Below are positions 18,070 through 27,118 of a stretch of 34,032 nucleotides of DNA, one piece after another. The stretch comes from Rhodospirillaceae bacterium (lineage in GTDB: Bacteria > Pseudomonadota > Alphaproteobacteria > SP197). Each line of letters starts with the position of its first letter. Position 1 is the first letter of the stretch. The notes beneath the pieces were generated by a model. The model made no database searches. It was not told the DNA's origin and saw only the letters and a list, made by a program, of their open reading frames with translations. The DNA lies in contig JABIUG010000525.1 in NCBI GenBank assembly GCA_018700655.1, positions 1 to 34,032 on the forward strand, given 5' to 3'. The translations under genes were made by a program, and so were the position numbers.

Positions 18070-19599
18070 ATGGCCATTCGCACCCGGCGTCAGGTCTCCG
18101 GTGCCGACACCTGGGCCGGCTTTGTCGATGCCCTTTCGACCCTTCTGGTCGTTCTCATCTTCGCACTGGTCGTTTTCATGCTCGCCCAGTTCTTTCAGGG
18201 CATCGCACTTTCGGGCCGTGACGAGGCGCTCGCACGCCTCGAAACACAGGTCGCCGAGCTCGCTGACATGCTCGCTCTGGAACGCGACAGCAATGCCAGC
18301 ATGCGCCTGGAATTGACGCAGCTTTCGGCGGAGCTGCAACGCTCCACCGGCGCGCGCGACGATGCCGAACAGGCACTTGCCCTGCTTTCGGCCGAACGCG
18401 ACGGCCTTCTTGCCCGCCTGACGGCAACCGAGAACTACGCCGCCGACACCGGGTCCGCTCTCGATGCCGCCCAGACACGCCTCGACCTGCTGCAGGCCGA
18501 CCTCGACCGTGCCCTGGAAGATGTCACCGTCACCAAGGATACGCTTTCGCTAAAGCTGGCCGAAATCGCCAGCCTGCAGCGCGACATCGATGCCTTGGGC
18601 AACGTGCGTGACAATCTGGAAACCGAGATCGCGCGCATGGTGTTGATTCTCGAGCGGGCCCGCGCCCTGCAGGAATCCCTGGAGCTCGATCTCGAAACCT
18701 CGCTCACGGCAGAGGCTGATCTGGAAGAGTCACTTTCGGCCGGCCAGGAAGAGCTCGAGGCCGACCGTGCCAGGATAGAGGTCCTGCTTGCCGATCTGGG
18801 TGCCGAACGCGACCGCAGCATGGAACTGGTCGAGGAACTCTCGAGCGAAAACGAACGCACCCTGCTGGCACAGCGCGAGATCGAGGAACGTGACATCCGC
18901 CTCACCGAACTGGCGGAACTCGTGACCATGACGCAAGAGGAACGCGAGGCGGCCGAAGCGATTTCAGACCGGCGGCTGAACCAGATTGCCGTACTCAGCC
19001 AGCAACTCAGCGCATTACGCGACCAGATCGCAGCTCTGAACGAGGTACTCGATGCCTCCGAAGCGCAGGCCGAAGCCGACCAGGTCCAGATCGCCGATCT
19101 TGGATCACGGCTCAACGCCGCACTCGCCGCCAAAGTCCAGGAGCTTTCGCGCTACCGCAGCGAGTTCTTCGAGAAGCTGGTCGAGGTACTGGGCGAACGC
19201 AGCGACATCAAGGTCGTGGGCGACCGATTCGTCCTGCAATCCGAGCTGCTGTTCGAAAGTGGCAGCGCCGAAATATCCGATGAAGGCAAGACTGAACTGG
19301 TCAAGATCGCCGACCTCATCGTGGAACTGACACAGGAGATTCCCGCAGAGGTCAACTGGATCCTTCGGGTCGACGGCCACACCGACGCCGTTCCGATCTC
19401 GACTTTCCAGTTTCCGAGCAACTGGGAGCTTTCGACAGCGCGGGCGACTGCCGTCGTGCGTTACCTGATCGCCGGAGGTGTACCTGAAAACAGGTTGGCC
19501 GCAGCAGGCTTTGGCGAGCACCAGCCGCTCGACACGTCTGACGATGAAGGCGCCCTGCGGCGCAACCGCCGGATCGAGTTCAAGCTGACCGAGCAATAG
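18070..19599 (+). CDS. MotB-like protein: N-terminal TM with conserved Asp, about 330-aa coiled coil, C-terminal OmpA/MotB peptidoglycan-binding domain
   Basis: WAGFVDALSTLLVVLIFALVVF resembles the MotB YADFMTAMMAFFL plug/TM region, with the Asp codon at 18127-18129. A long E/L/A/R-rich heptad region follows. The C-terminus is VDGHTDAVPI...NWELSTARATAVVRYLIAGGVPENRLAAAGFGEHQPL...NRRIEFKL. The gene starts 3 nt after the MotA-like stop. Confidence 0.85.
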   Translation: MAIRTRRQVSGADTWAGFVDALSTLLVVLIFALVVFMLAQFFQGIALSGRDEALARLETQVAELADMLALERDSNASMRLELTQLSAELQRSTGARDDAEQALALLSAERDGLLARLTATENYAADTGSALDAAQTRLDLLQADLDRALEDVTVTKDTLSLKLAEIASLQRDIDALGNVRDNLETEIARMVLILERARALQESLELDLETSLTAEADLEESLSAGQEELEADRARIEVLLADLGAERDRSMELVEELSSENERTLLAQREIEERDIRLTELAELVTMTQEEREAAEAISDRRLNQIAVLSQQLSALRDQIAALNEVLDASEAQAEADQVQIADLGSRLNAALAAKVQELSRYRSEFFEKLVEVLGERSDIKVVGDRFVLQSELLFESGSAEISDEGKTELVKIADLIVELTQEIPAEVNWILRVDGHTDAVPISTFQFPSNWELSTARATAVVRYLIAGGVPENRLAAAGFGEHQPLDTSDDEGALRRNRRIEFKLTEQ

Positions 19600-19613
19600 G
19601 AGCGCGCCGCGCC

Positions 19614-20096
19614 ATGACGGACCTTTCCTTCCGCACCGCCACAGCCAACGACGCAGCCACGATTCGCGATTTCGTCGCAGGCCTGGAAGAAGCCGTCGGC
19701 GTACGCGAAGTATTTCCTGTATCGCTTGATATCATTCGAAACGACATGGCGGCGGACGAGCCGGATTTTCGCTGCGAATTGCTGGAACGAGATGGAACAC
19801 CGATCGCCCTCGTGACCTGGTATCCGATCTATTCAACCTGGCTGTGGCGTCGCGGCATCTATGCACTGGATGTCTTCGTCGCCGAACACGAACGCGGAAA
19901 CGGCCATGCACGGCGTCTGCTCACGCACCTGGCAGCGCTTGCCAGGAAGCGTGGCGGTGCCTTTCTCAAGCTCGATGTCGACGATAACAACGACCATGCC
20001 GCAGCCGCCTACATCAAGCTTGGTTTCAAGGGCTCTAACGGAGGCCCTTACCTGCTGATCGGCGACGCCTTCGAAGCACTTGCCGACCAGGTCTGA
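19614..20096 (+). CDS. GNAT family N-acetyltransferase
   Basis: 160 aa. The acetyl-CoA motif context is VFVAEHERGNGHARRLLTHLAALARKRG...AAAAYIKLGF. Confidence 0.8.
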   Translation: MTDLSFRTATANDAATIRDFVAGLEEAVGVREVFPVSLDIIRNDMAADEPDFRCELLERDGTPIALVTWYPIYSTWLWRRGIYALDVFVAEHERGNGHARRLLTHLAALARKRGGAFLKLDVDDNNDHAAAAYIKLGFKGSNGGPYLLIGDAFEALADQV

Positions 20097-20141
20097 AGCC
20101 TAGAGCAGATCCCGTTGCGTCTGCATCGCTTGCGATCCGAT

Positions 20142-21026
20142 CTAGGCGCGCGCCGTCACGATCCACATTGCGGCCTTAAGAGCGACACCTTTGCCGTCAT
20201 GGCGCGGCGCAATCGCTTCGCGGACTTCGTTCTCGACGGCTTTCTTGGTCGCGTCGTCCGCATCTGCAATCAGCCTTGAGGCAGGGCCGAAATAGGTCAG
20301 GAAATTCGTGACCTCATCCAGCGTCCCCGGATTGCTCATGAACGGTTCATGGCTATCGATGGCAATGTCTTGAAAACCCGCTTCGCCCAGGATGCCACGG
20401 ACCCGATCGGGGTCAGAAAAGGCGAAGGGCCCCGGCGCAAGCGGATCCATCGGCTCAGGCGCGGGAACATGGCGCAGGGCGACATCGCGTGGCAGCAGCA
20501 CCCATTCGTTCTTGTCGAGCGGCTGCCAACAGATGAAACCCAGTCTCCCGTCATCCTTCAGACCTTTCCGGATGTTGGCAAAAGCCTCGACACGGTTGGT
20601 GAAAAACATCACGCCATAACGCGAAAACACCAGATCGGCGGCACCTGCCTCGAAGCGATAGTTTGACGCATCTGCATTGATGAAGGCTGTGTGAGCCAAG
20701 CCAAGCGCAGCGGCGCGTTCTCCGGCACGGCGCAGCATCGGTATCGAGATATCCACGCCCAGAAGACGGCCCATGGGACCAACCCGCTGCGCCAGTTCCA
20801 GCGAGGTCGCACCGCAACCACAGCCGATGTCGATCACGGTTTCGCCCGGGCGGACCCCGACCTTATCCATCACCACTAGACCGGCAGGTTCCAGCACGGG
20901 ATCAAGTTTTTCCTGGGCATCGACCCATTTGTCACCGGTGTCGCCGTTCCAGTATTCGATCTGGTCGCTGTTGGGGCCGTCGGCCTTGAGGTCGCTCATG
21001 TCATCATCCGTGTTGTGTTCGCCCAT
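20142..21026 (-). CDS. class I SAM-dependent methyltransferase
   Basis: 294 aa. Motif I is VIDIGCGCGATSLELA, followed by LLGVDIS and DLVFSRYGVMFF. Confidence 0.85.
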   Translation of the reverse strand: MGEHNTDDDMSDLKADGPNSDQIEYWNGDTGDKWVDAQEKLDPVLEPAGLVVMDKVGVRPGETVIDIGCGCGATSLELAQRVGPMGRLLGVDISIPMLRRAGERAAALGLAHTAFINADASNYRFEAGAADLVFSRYGVMFFTNRVEAFANIRKGLKDDGRLGFICWQPLDKNEWVLLPRDVALRHVPAPEPMDPLAPGPFAFSDPDRVRGILGEAGFQDIAIDSHEPFMSNPGTLDEVTNFLTYFGPASRLIADADDATKKAVENEVREAIAPRHDGKGVALKAAMWIVTARA

Positions 21027-21080
21027 GTCTTATCACGTCGCAAACCGCCGCTGCAGTTCGTTCACGCGGGGTTGTCTGGT

Positions 21081-23372
21081 TCATGCATCAATCACATAGA
21101 CCGGACTGCTCCAGGCCTGATGGCCGTCCTCAGTTGTCACGCAGACCCATAGCGGGTTGTCGCGTGTTTCGTCGAGCGACACAGCACACTCGGTCTGGAA
21201 TGAAAGATGTGGATTGGTCTCGGGCAAGCGCAGAATACGCAACTGGCGTTTGAGCCCACCCATATCGAATATCTGTTCGTCATAACCCACACCCGCCAGC
21301 GCAAGATCGAGCTTGCCGTTGCCGGTTTCAATTTTCAGACGCGCATCCGGACCTTCATCAACCAACAGGTCAAAGCCCATCATGTTCCCGGCCGTGCGTG
21401 CTTCAAATGCCACGGTGTGATCATCGACTGCTTCGCAGGGGAGTTCGGAATTCCAGGCCGAGATCGGTGCAAAGGCCAGAATGGAGGCGCCGTTCAACCT
21501 CGCTTCACCTTTCCAGCGGGCGCGCGAGCCCTTGCCCCGCCTTTCGGCGCCACTCATCAGCACCCGTATCCGATTGCCGACCTCCTCGGCGCCATAGGGC
21601 CGCAGGGTCGCGACAACCGCGCTGCCATTGCGTATCTCGATCTTCTCGATCGGCGATGACGCCTCGACCGAAACTGAAAGTGTGGCCGCGGAGGAATCAC
21701 AAGACACGATATCGCCCATCTCGGCCTCGACGACCTCGCTCTTCACAGCTTCATCGTAAACCGCGGGATCTCGTGACCAGCGCGACATCTTACCCTCACT
21801 CCTGACCGCGACATCGAGCTGGAGACGGTTGCCCGTGGTTGCGAAATGCCGGCGCTTGCGCAGGCAGTCAAAGATCGCGTCACGCGTCAGTTCCCCGGCA
21901 AGCAGGCAGGTCAGGCCGCCATAGGCTGCAAATTCGGACCCGCCGGGATGGCTGGCACCGGGTCTGCCCTTGTGGCCGTCGCTGTTGGCCACGACACCGA
22001 CGCGGAAACCCAGACCGAAGGCATCGTCCATGAGCCACTCGAAACTACCCCAGGCGGAATGGATCTCCATCGCGGTTTCCAGGCGCCCGTCATGGCCTCG
22101 CGTGAGATCGGCCCAGCGCCCGCCGATATGGGCAAAGACGACGGCATCCTCGTCCTTTAGTGCCTCGAACAAGGCCGGGGCATCGTTGGCATCGGTATCA
22201 ATGTCGGAACGGTCCGGCAGCAGGGCATGGGAGGAACGGTGAATCTGGCGACCCTCATGGCGGAAGTAGACATTCCGGTCACCGCCCAGATGCGTGTTCG
22301 CCGACCACTCGTAACCGGGATAGGTCACGAACCGTCCATCCTCGTTGCAGGCCGCAGTCAGGTCGTTGAGATGGGCCCAGAACGCCTTGTTGATCTGGAA
22401 ATCATTGGCCTGGTGGCCACTGGCATCAAGAAATGCGATCTCGCGGGCAAACTCGAAATAGTGCCGGGCCGTGTTGATGCCGACGGACTCACCGCTCTGT
22501 CCGTGCAGATCCGCCCACCAGCCGGCCTGCTCACATGCACGCACAACCAGAGGCGTTGATAGGGCAAGAACCTCGCCTGGATCATCACGCACGGTGACGC
22601 GCAGGACACCTTCTTCAAGCACCCGCAGATCATCAAACACATAGGCCAGCATCCCGGCCTCGTAGGAAAACCGTTCCGGCAGGCCTTCCACGACAAGGCT
22701 CGCCTCAAGGACCAGATCGGCCCTGGCCAGATGGGTCGGGTTACCCCAGCGGTCCTCTGCTCTCACGCCAAGCCGGAAGGCCTCACCCGGTCGCCGCAGG
22801 CTGGGCAGCACTGCATGCCAGGCCGCGGGCTCGCCCGCAATGACCGGTACGACCGGGCTGTGCGCCACGGGGATATGGAGCGAGGTTGCAGCGACGTCGA
22901 CCAGGGTCGTGAAACGAAAATCCTGTTCAGCACAGGATTGCACCTTCAGGCCCGGCGAGCCGCCGCTGGTATCGCCCAGAACGACGGTGATCGTGTCGCT
23001 CTCATCGAGATGTCCTACCGGCATGACAACCTGGAGCACCTGGTACCAGGGACGGGTGTGCCCGCTATCGTTGAAGCTGACGATCATCGGCAGATCGCGG
23101 CAGTTGCTCGCGCTGACATAATTGACCCCGCCAGGGTCATCAGTCTGGAGAAATCCCCAGTCGGCCGTGAACCGGAACACCAGCTTGAGCCCGCCACCAC
23201 CATCCATGCCGAAGCGGCCACAGGTATAGGTCAGGGTAAAACACTGCAGGCTGCGCGCCTCGACCGGGACGTCTGGCGTAACCGAGACATGGCCATAGAG
23301 GACACGGTCCCCGGCAGGCTCTGCTGAGGCCCATACGTCGCCCCTGTGTTCGTCAGGTACCGGTTCGTCCAT
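21081..23372 (-). CDS. large (763 aa) protein with central DUF3604/PHP-like metallohydrolase-type core and extra N- and C-terminal domains
   Basis: The central motifs WWADLHGQSGES, YPGYEWSANTHLGGDRNVYF, VVFAHIGG, EIHSAWGSFEW and VVANSDGHKGRPG resemble the DUF3604 / PHP-superfamily metal-site pattern. No signal peptide is seen. The family assignment is from memory and was not searched. Confidence 0.65.
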   Translation of the reverse strand: MDEPVPDEHRGDVWASAEPAGDRVLYGHVSVTPDVPVEARSLQCFTLTYTCGRFGMDGGGGLKLVFRFTADWGFLQTDDPGGVNYVSASNCRDLPMIVSFNDSGHTRPWYQVLQVVMPVGHLDESDTITVVLGDTSGGSPGLKVQSCAEQDFRFTTLVDVAATSLHIPVAHSPVVPVIAGEPAAWHAVLPSLRRPGEAFRLGVRAEDRWGNPTHLARADLVLEASLVVEGLPERFSYEAGMLAYVFDDLRVLEEGVLRVTVRDDPGEVLALSTPLVVRACEQAGWWADLHGQSGESVGINTARHYFEFAREIAFLDASGHQANDFQINKAFWAHLNDLTAACNEDGRFVTYPGYEWSANTHLGGDRNVYFRHEGRQIHRSSHALLPDRSDIDTDANDAPALFEALKDEDAVVFAHIGGRWADLTRGHDGRLETAMEIHSAWGSFEWLMDDAFGLGFRVGVVANSDGHKGRPGASHPGGSEFAAYGGLTCLLAGELTRDAIFDCLRKRRHFATTGNRLQLDVAVRSEGKMSRWSRDPAVYDEAVKSEVVEAEMGDIVSCDSSAATLSVSVEASSPIEKIEIRNGSAVVATLRPYGAEEVGNRIRVLMSGAERRGKGSRARWKGEARLNGASILAFAPISAWNSELPCEAVDDHTVAFEARTAGNMMGFDLLVDEGPDARLKIETGNGKLDLALAGVGYDEQIFDMGGLKRQLRILRLPETNPHLSFQTECAVSLDETRDNPLWVCVTTEDGHQAWSSPVYVIDA

Positions 23373-23539
23373 GGCGTTGGCTCTTTTCCTTGTGTTCCCG
23401 GAAGTCTCACGGCCATGCCCCCAACAGTCCAGAGCATTGCAGAAATTCGGCCCTCTTGGTTTCTGGTCTCGTCACCGACTCGACCAACGTCCACCCACAA
23501 GGCAAGCTCTCCCCACCTCTCCTTCAGGAACAGACCATC

Positions 23540-25012
23540 ATGCGTATCTTCGTCGCCGGGCTCGGGACCGAAACCAACACCTTCGCGCCGTTTCCGACCG
23601 CCGAGCGCGGTTTTCACGAAACCGAGTACTTTGCTGCCGGCACCCACCCCGATACGCCGACCTTTGCCGGTGCGCCCCTGATCGCAGCCCGCCGGTTGGC
23701 CGCAGCGGGCAATCATGAAGTGGTTGAGGGCCTGTGCACCTTCGCCGAGCCTTCCGGCATCACGACGCGTCAGGCCTATGAGAGCCTGCGTGATGAAATC
23801 CTCGATCAGTTGCGCGCCGCCATGCCGGTCGATGTCGTCGCATTTTCCATGCATGGCGCGATGGTGGCCGACGGTTATGATGATTGTGAAGGCGACCTGC
23901 TCGCGCGCGCCCGCGAGATCACCGGCCCCGGCGTTGCTCTGGGCGCGGAGCTCGATCTCCACTGTCACTTCACGACCACCATGATCGAGGCGGCCGACGC
24001 GCTCGTCGCCTACAAGGAATACCCCCATGTCGACATCATGGAGCGGGCAGAGGAATTGATGGACCTGCTCACCGCCACCGCCCGTGGTGACATTCGCCCG
24101 GTGATGACGCTCGCCGACACCGGCATCCTCGACATGATTCACACGACCAGGGAACCGGCCCGCGGCCTGGTCGACCGGCTCAGCGCCATGGAGGGCAAGG
24201 ACGGTGTGTTGTCGGTCTCTCTGGGCCACGGTTTTCCCTGGGGCGACGTCGCCGATCTGGGGACCCGCGTCCTGGTTGTCACCGACGACCACCCGGAAAA
24301 AGGCAAGGAACTGGCACTTTCGATCGCAACCGAGGTCACCGCCCTGCGCGGCACCATGGATTCCGGCTCCCTGACCATCGATGAGGCTTATGACCGGGCC
24401 CTTGGCGCCGATGCCAGGCCCATCGTCATGGCCGACAAATCCGACAATGCCGGGGGTGGCGCACCTGGCGATTCCACATGGATGCTGCGCCGCGCCCTGG
24501 AACGGGAAATCACTTCCGTCGCGATCGGGCCTCTGTGGGATCCGATCGCGGTCGGCACCTGCCTGGACGCGGGATTGGGCGCGACACTCGACCTGCGCAT
24601 CGGCGGCAAGATGTGCCCGCTGTCGGGCGAGCCGGTCGATATGCGGGTCACCGTCACCGGGATCTGCCATGACGCCCATCAGCCCTTCGGCCCGGCTCTT
24701 TCTCCGCTCGGCAACTGTGTCGCGGTCAGCGGCGCAGGCGTCGATATCGTGCTCAACACCTTGCGCACCCAGGCCTACGCGCCCGAACTGTTCCGCAATG
24801 TCGGGATCGAACCCACCGAACGGAAAATCGTCATCGTCAAATCAACCCAGCATTTCCATGCCGAATTTGCCCCTATCGCTGCCGATATCGTCCACGTCGG
24901 CGCGCCTGGTGTGGTTGCACCCGACTTCGAGAAACTCGAATTTCAGAAGATCATGCGACCGAAATGGCCGTTCGATGAGGGCGAACCGGAAATCAGATTG
25001 ATCGTCGGCTGA
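23540..25012 (+). CDS. M81 family metallopeptidase (MlrC-like)
   Basis: The ATG at 23540 has an AGGAA RBS and gives MRIFVAGLGTETNTFAPFPT, the characteristic MlrC N-terminus. The protein is 490 aa, with the later motifs FSMHGAMVADGYDDCEGDLL and MADKSDNAGGGAPGDST. The track ORF (23390) is over-extended. Confidence 0.8.
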   Translation: MRIFVAGLGTETNTFAPFPTAERGFHETEYFAAGTHPDTPTFAGAPLIAARRLAAAGNHEVVEGLCTFAEPSGITTRQAYESLRDEILDQLRAAMPVDVVAFSMHGAMVADGYDDCEGDLLARAREITGPGVALGAELDLHCHFTTTMIEAADALVAYKEYPHVDIMERAEELMDLLTATARGDIRPVMTLADTGILDMIHTTREPARGLVDRLSAMEGKDGVLSVSLGHGFPWGDVADLGTRVLVVTDDHPEKGKELALSIATEVTALRGTMDSGSLTIDEAYDRALGADARPIVMADKSDNAGGGAPGDSTWMLRRALEREITSVAIGPLWDPIAVGTCLDAGLGATLDLRIGGKMCPLSGEPVDMRVTVTGICHDAHQPFGPALSPLGNCVAVSGAGVDIVLNTLRTQAYAPELFRNVGIEPTERKIVIVKSTQHFHAEFAPIAADIVHVGAPGVVAPDFEKLEFQKIMRPKWPFDEGEPEIRLIVG

Positions 25013-25023
25013 CCGCGCCCGAT

Positions 25024-25063
25024 CCCTTCACGCTAAATCCGTTCACGCCCTACCCGTTCACGA
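25024..25063 (+). promoter_or_regulatory. three direct CC[C/G]TTCACG repeats at exact 15-bp spacing, candidate operator/regulatory site
   Basis: TTCACG begins at 25027, 25042 and 25057, inside the 72-nt gap between the M81 peptidase stop and the CocE/NonD start. Function is unknown. Confidence 0.3.
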
Positions 25064-25084
25064 GATTCCCTCAGGAAATCCAGC

Positions 25085-27103
25085 ATGACCCACAGCTTTG
25101 CCGCCAATCCCCGCGCCATTCATGAGATCGAGCACAGCTGGATCCCCATGCCCGACGGCACAAGACTGGCGGCCAAGATCTGGATTCCGATCGATGCCGA
25201 AGAAGAGCCGGTTCCCGCGATCCTGGAATACCTGCCCTATCGCAAGCGTGACGGCACGCGCGGCCGCGACCGCACCAACCATCCCCCCGTCGCCAAATGC
25301 GGCTATGCCTGTGTCCGGGTCGACATTCGTGGCACCGGCGACAGCGAAGGCATCTACCGGGATGAATACACACCCCAGGAACAGGAAGACGGCTGCGCCA
25401 TCATTGCCTGGCTTGCCGAACAGTCCTGGTGCACGGGCTCGGTTGGGATCATCGGGATCAGCTGGGGTGGCTTCAACGGCCTGCAGATCGCAGCACGCCG
25501 CCCACCGGCACTCAAGGCGATCGTCACGATCGGCTCGACCGACGACCGTTACGCCACTGATGTCCACTACTACGGCGGCTGCCTGATCAAGGACAACATC
25601 GACTGGGCCGCGGTGATGTTCGGCTACAACGCCCTGCCGCCCGACCCAGAACTGGTCGGCGAAAACTGGCGCGAGATGTGGAATGCGCGCCTGGAAGCCA
25701 ACGTGCCCTGGACGCTGGAATGGCTGCGCCATCAGCGGCGCGACGATTACTGGCGTCAGGGCAGCGTGTGCGAAGACTTCTCCAAGATCACATGTGCCGT
25801 CTATGCCGTTTCGGGCTGGGGAGACAATTACAACGAAGCCGTGCCGCGCCTGCTTGCCGGGCTTGATGCTCCGGCAAAGGGCCTTTCCGGCCCCTGGTGC
25901 CACCAGTATCCCAACAAGGGTTATCCCGGCCCGGCCATCGGGTTTCTGCAGGAGACCGTGCGCTGGTGGGATCACTGGCTGAAGGGGATCGATACCGGAA
26001 TCATGGAAGAACCGGCCTGGCGCGCATGGGTCCAGGACAGCGCGCCGCCCGTGACCGCCTATGACGAGCGTCCGGGCCACTGGGTCGGCGAAGAGAGCTG
26101 GCCCAGCGCCACGATCGACTGGCAACGCTGGAACATGAACCCGGGTCGGCTGGAACGCGATGCCGGTGCGGCCACGCCCCTCGTCTTGAAATCACTCCAG
26201 ACCACCGGCCTCACCCAGGCACAACTTTGCCATCACGGCGAGCCCGGCTGTTTCTCGTCAGACCAGCGCGAGGACGATGCCGGCAGCCTCGTCTTTGTCT
26301 CCGAACCGCTTTCGCAGTCACTGGAAATCCTCGGCGCGCCGATCGTCGAACTCACCCTTTCGTCGGACAGACCCACGGCCTTTGTCGCCGTCCGCCTCAA
26401 CGACGTCGCCGCGGACGGTGCCTCGACTCGTGTTCATCACGGCATCCTCAACCTGACCCGCCCGACGGATTGCTCAACGACCACACCGCTGATGCCGGGC
26501 GAGCCTCTCACGGTCCGCGTCGAGATCGACGACATCGGTCACGCCTTTGCCGCCGGACACCGCATCGCGGTCTCGGTTTCATCGACCTATTGGCCGCTGG
26601 TCTGGCCTTCGCCGGAACCTGTGACGCTCACGCTGGTCGCTGGTCAGTGCCATCTGGAACTCCCGGTTCGTCCGACTAATCCAACCGATGCCGCCCTACG
26701 ACCCTTCCAGGAAGCGGTGAACGGCCCGGGAGAAGAGACCACCGCGATCAACGAGGCCGCCGTGACCCGCACCATCACGCGCAACATGCTCGATGGCACC
26801 GTTACCGAACACACCATCTTCGATGACGGCCTCACCTTTCATAACGAACTCGCGCTAACAGATGGCGCCCACGGGCAATCCTGGCACAGCGTGCGCGAAG
26901 GTGATCCGCTCTCGGCGGAATCCCGCACCGAACGGGTCGATCACTGGAAGAAGAACGGCCTCGAGATCGAACTTCACACCCGCCAGCACCTCACCGCCGA
27001 TGGCACCGACTTTCATTTCACGGCCAAAATGGAAGCCTTCGAAAACGGCCAGAAGGTCTTTTCGCGCACATGGGAGGAAGCGATTCCCAGAGACGGAAAC
27101 TGA
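25085..27103 (+). CDS. CocE/NonD family hydrolase (S15 X-Pro dipeptidyl-peptidase-like)
   Basis: 672 aa. PAILEYLPYRKRDGTR, nucleophile elbow GISWGG, and a C-terminal beta-rich domain (GHRIAVSVSSTYWP). It is paralogous to the gene at 2..1507. Confidence 0.9.
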   Translation: MTHSFAANPRAIHEIEHSWIPMPDGTRLAAKIWIPIDAEEEPVPAILEYLPYRKRDGTRGRDRTNHPPVAKCGYACVRVDIRGTGDSEGIYRDEYTPQEQEDGCAIIAWLAEQSWCTGSVGIIGISWGGFNGLQIAARRPPALKAIVTIGSTDDRYATDVHYYGGCLIKDNIDWAAVMFGYNALPPDPELVGENWREMWNARLEANVPWTLEWLRHQRRDDYWRQGSVCEDFSKITCAVYAVSGWGDNYNEAVPRLLAGLDAPAKGLSGPWCHQYPNKGYPGPAIGFLQETVRWWDHWLKGIDTGIMEEPAWRAWVQDSAPPVTAYDERPGHWVGEESWPSATIDWQRWNMNPGRLERDAGAATPLVLKSLQTTGLTQAQLCHHGEPGCFSSDQREDDAGSLVFVSEPLSQSLEILGAPIVELTLSSDRPTAFVAVRLNDVAADGASTRVHHGILNLTRPTDCSTTTPLMPGEPLTVRVEIDDIGHAFAAGHRIAVSVSSTYWPLVWPSPEPVTLTLVAGQCHLELPVRPTNPTDAALRPFQEAVNGPGEETTAINEAAVTRTITRNMLDGTVTEHTIFDDGLTFHNELALTDGAHGQSWHSVREGDPLSAESRTERVDHWKKNGLEIELHTRQHLTADGTDFHFTAKMEAFENGQKVFSRTWEEAIPRDGN

Positions 27104-27118
27104 TAGCGCCGAGTTGCC

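Noticed and set aside
18435-19133. 232-aa minus-strand ORF inside the MotB-like gene
   Set aside because: It is the antisense of the coiled-coil region. GAG/CTC-rich repeats stay open on both strands, and the product is an S/R/A-rich low-complexity string.
15801-19599. Classification of the MotA/MotB-like module as a Zorya anti-phage system
   Set aside because: ZorA/ZorB-like architecture alone is not enough. No ZorC/ZorD (helicase/nuclease) or ZorE-type effector genes are adjacent. The MotA-like tail is much shorter than a ZorA tail, and the long coiled coil is on the MotB-like partner instead. The neighbours are housekeeping genes. I kept it as an uncharacterised stator-like module.
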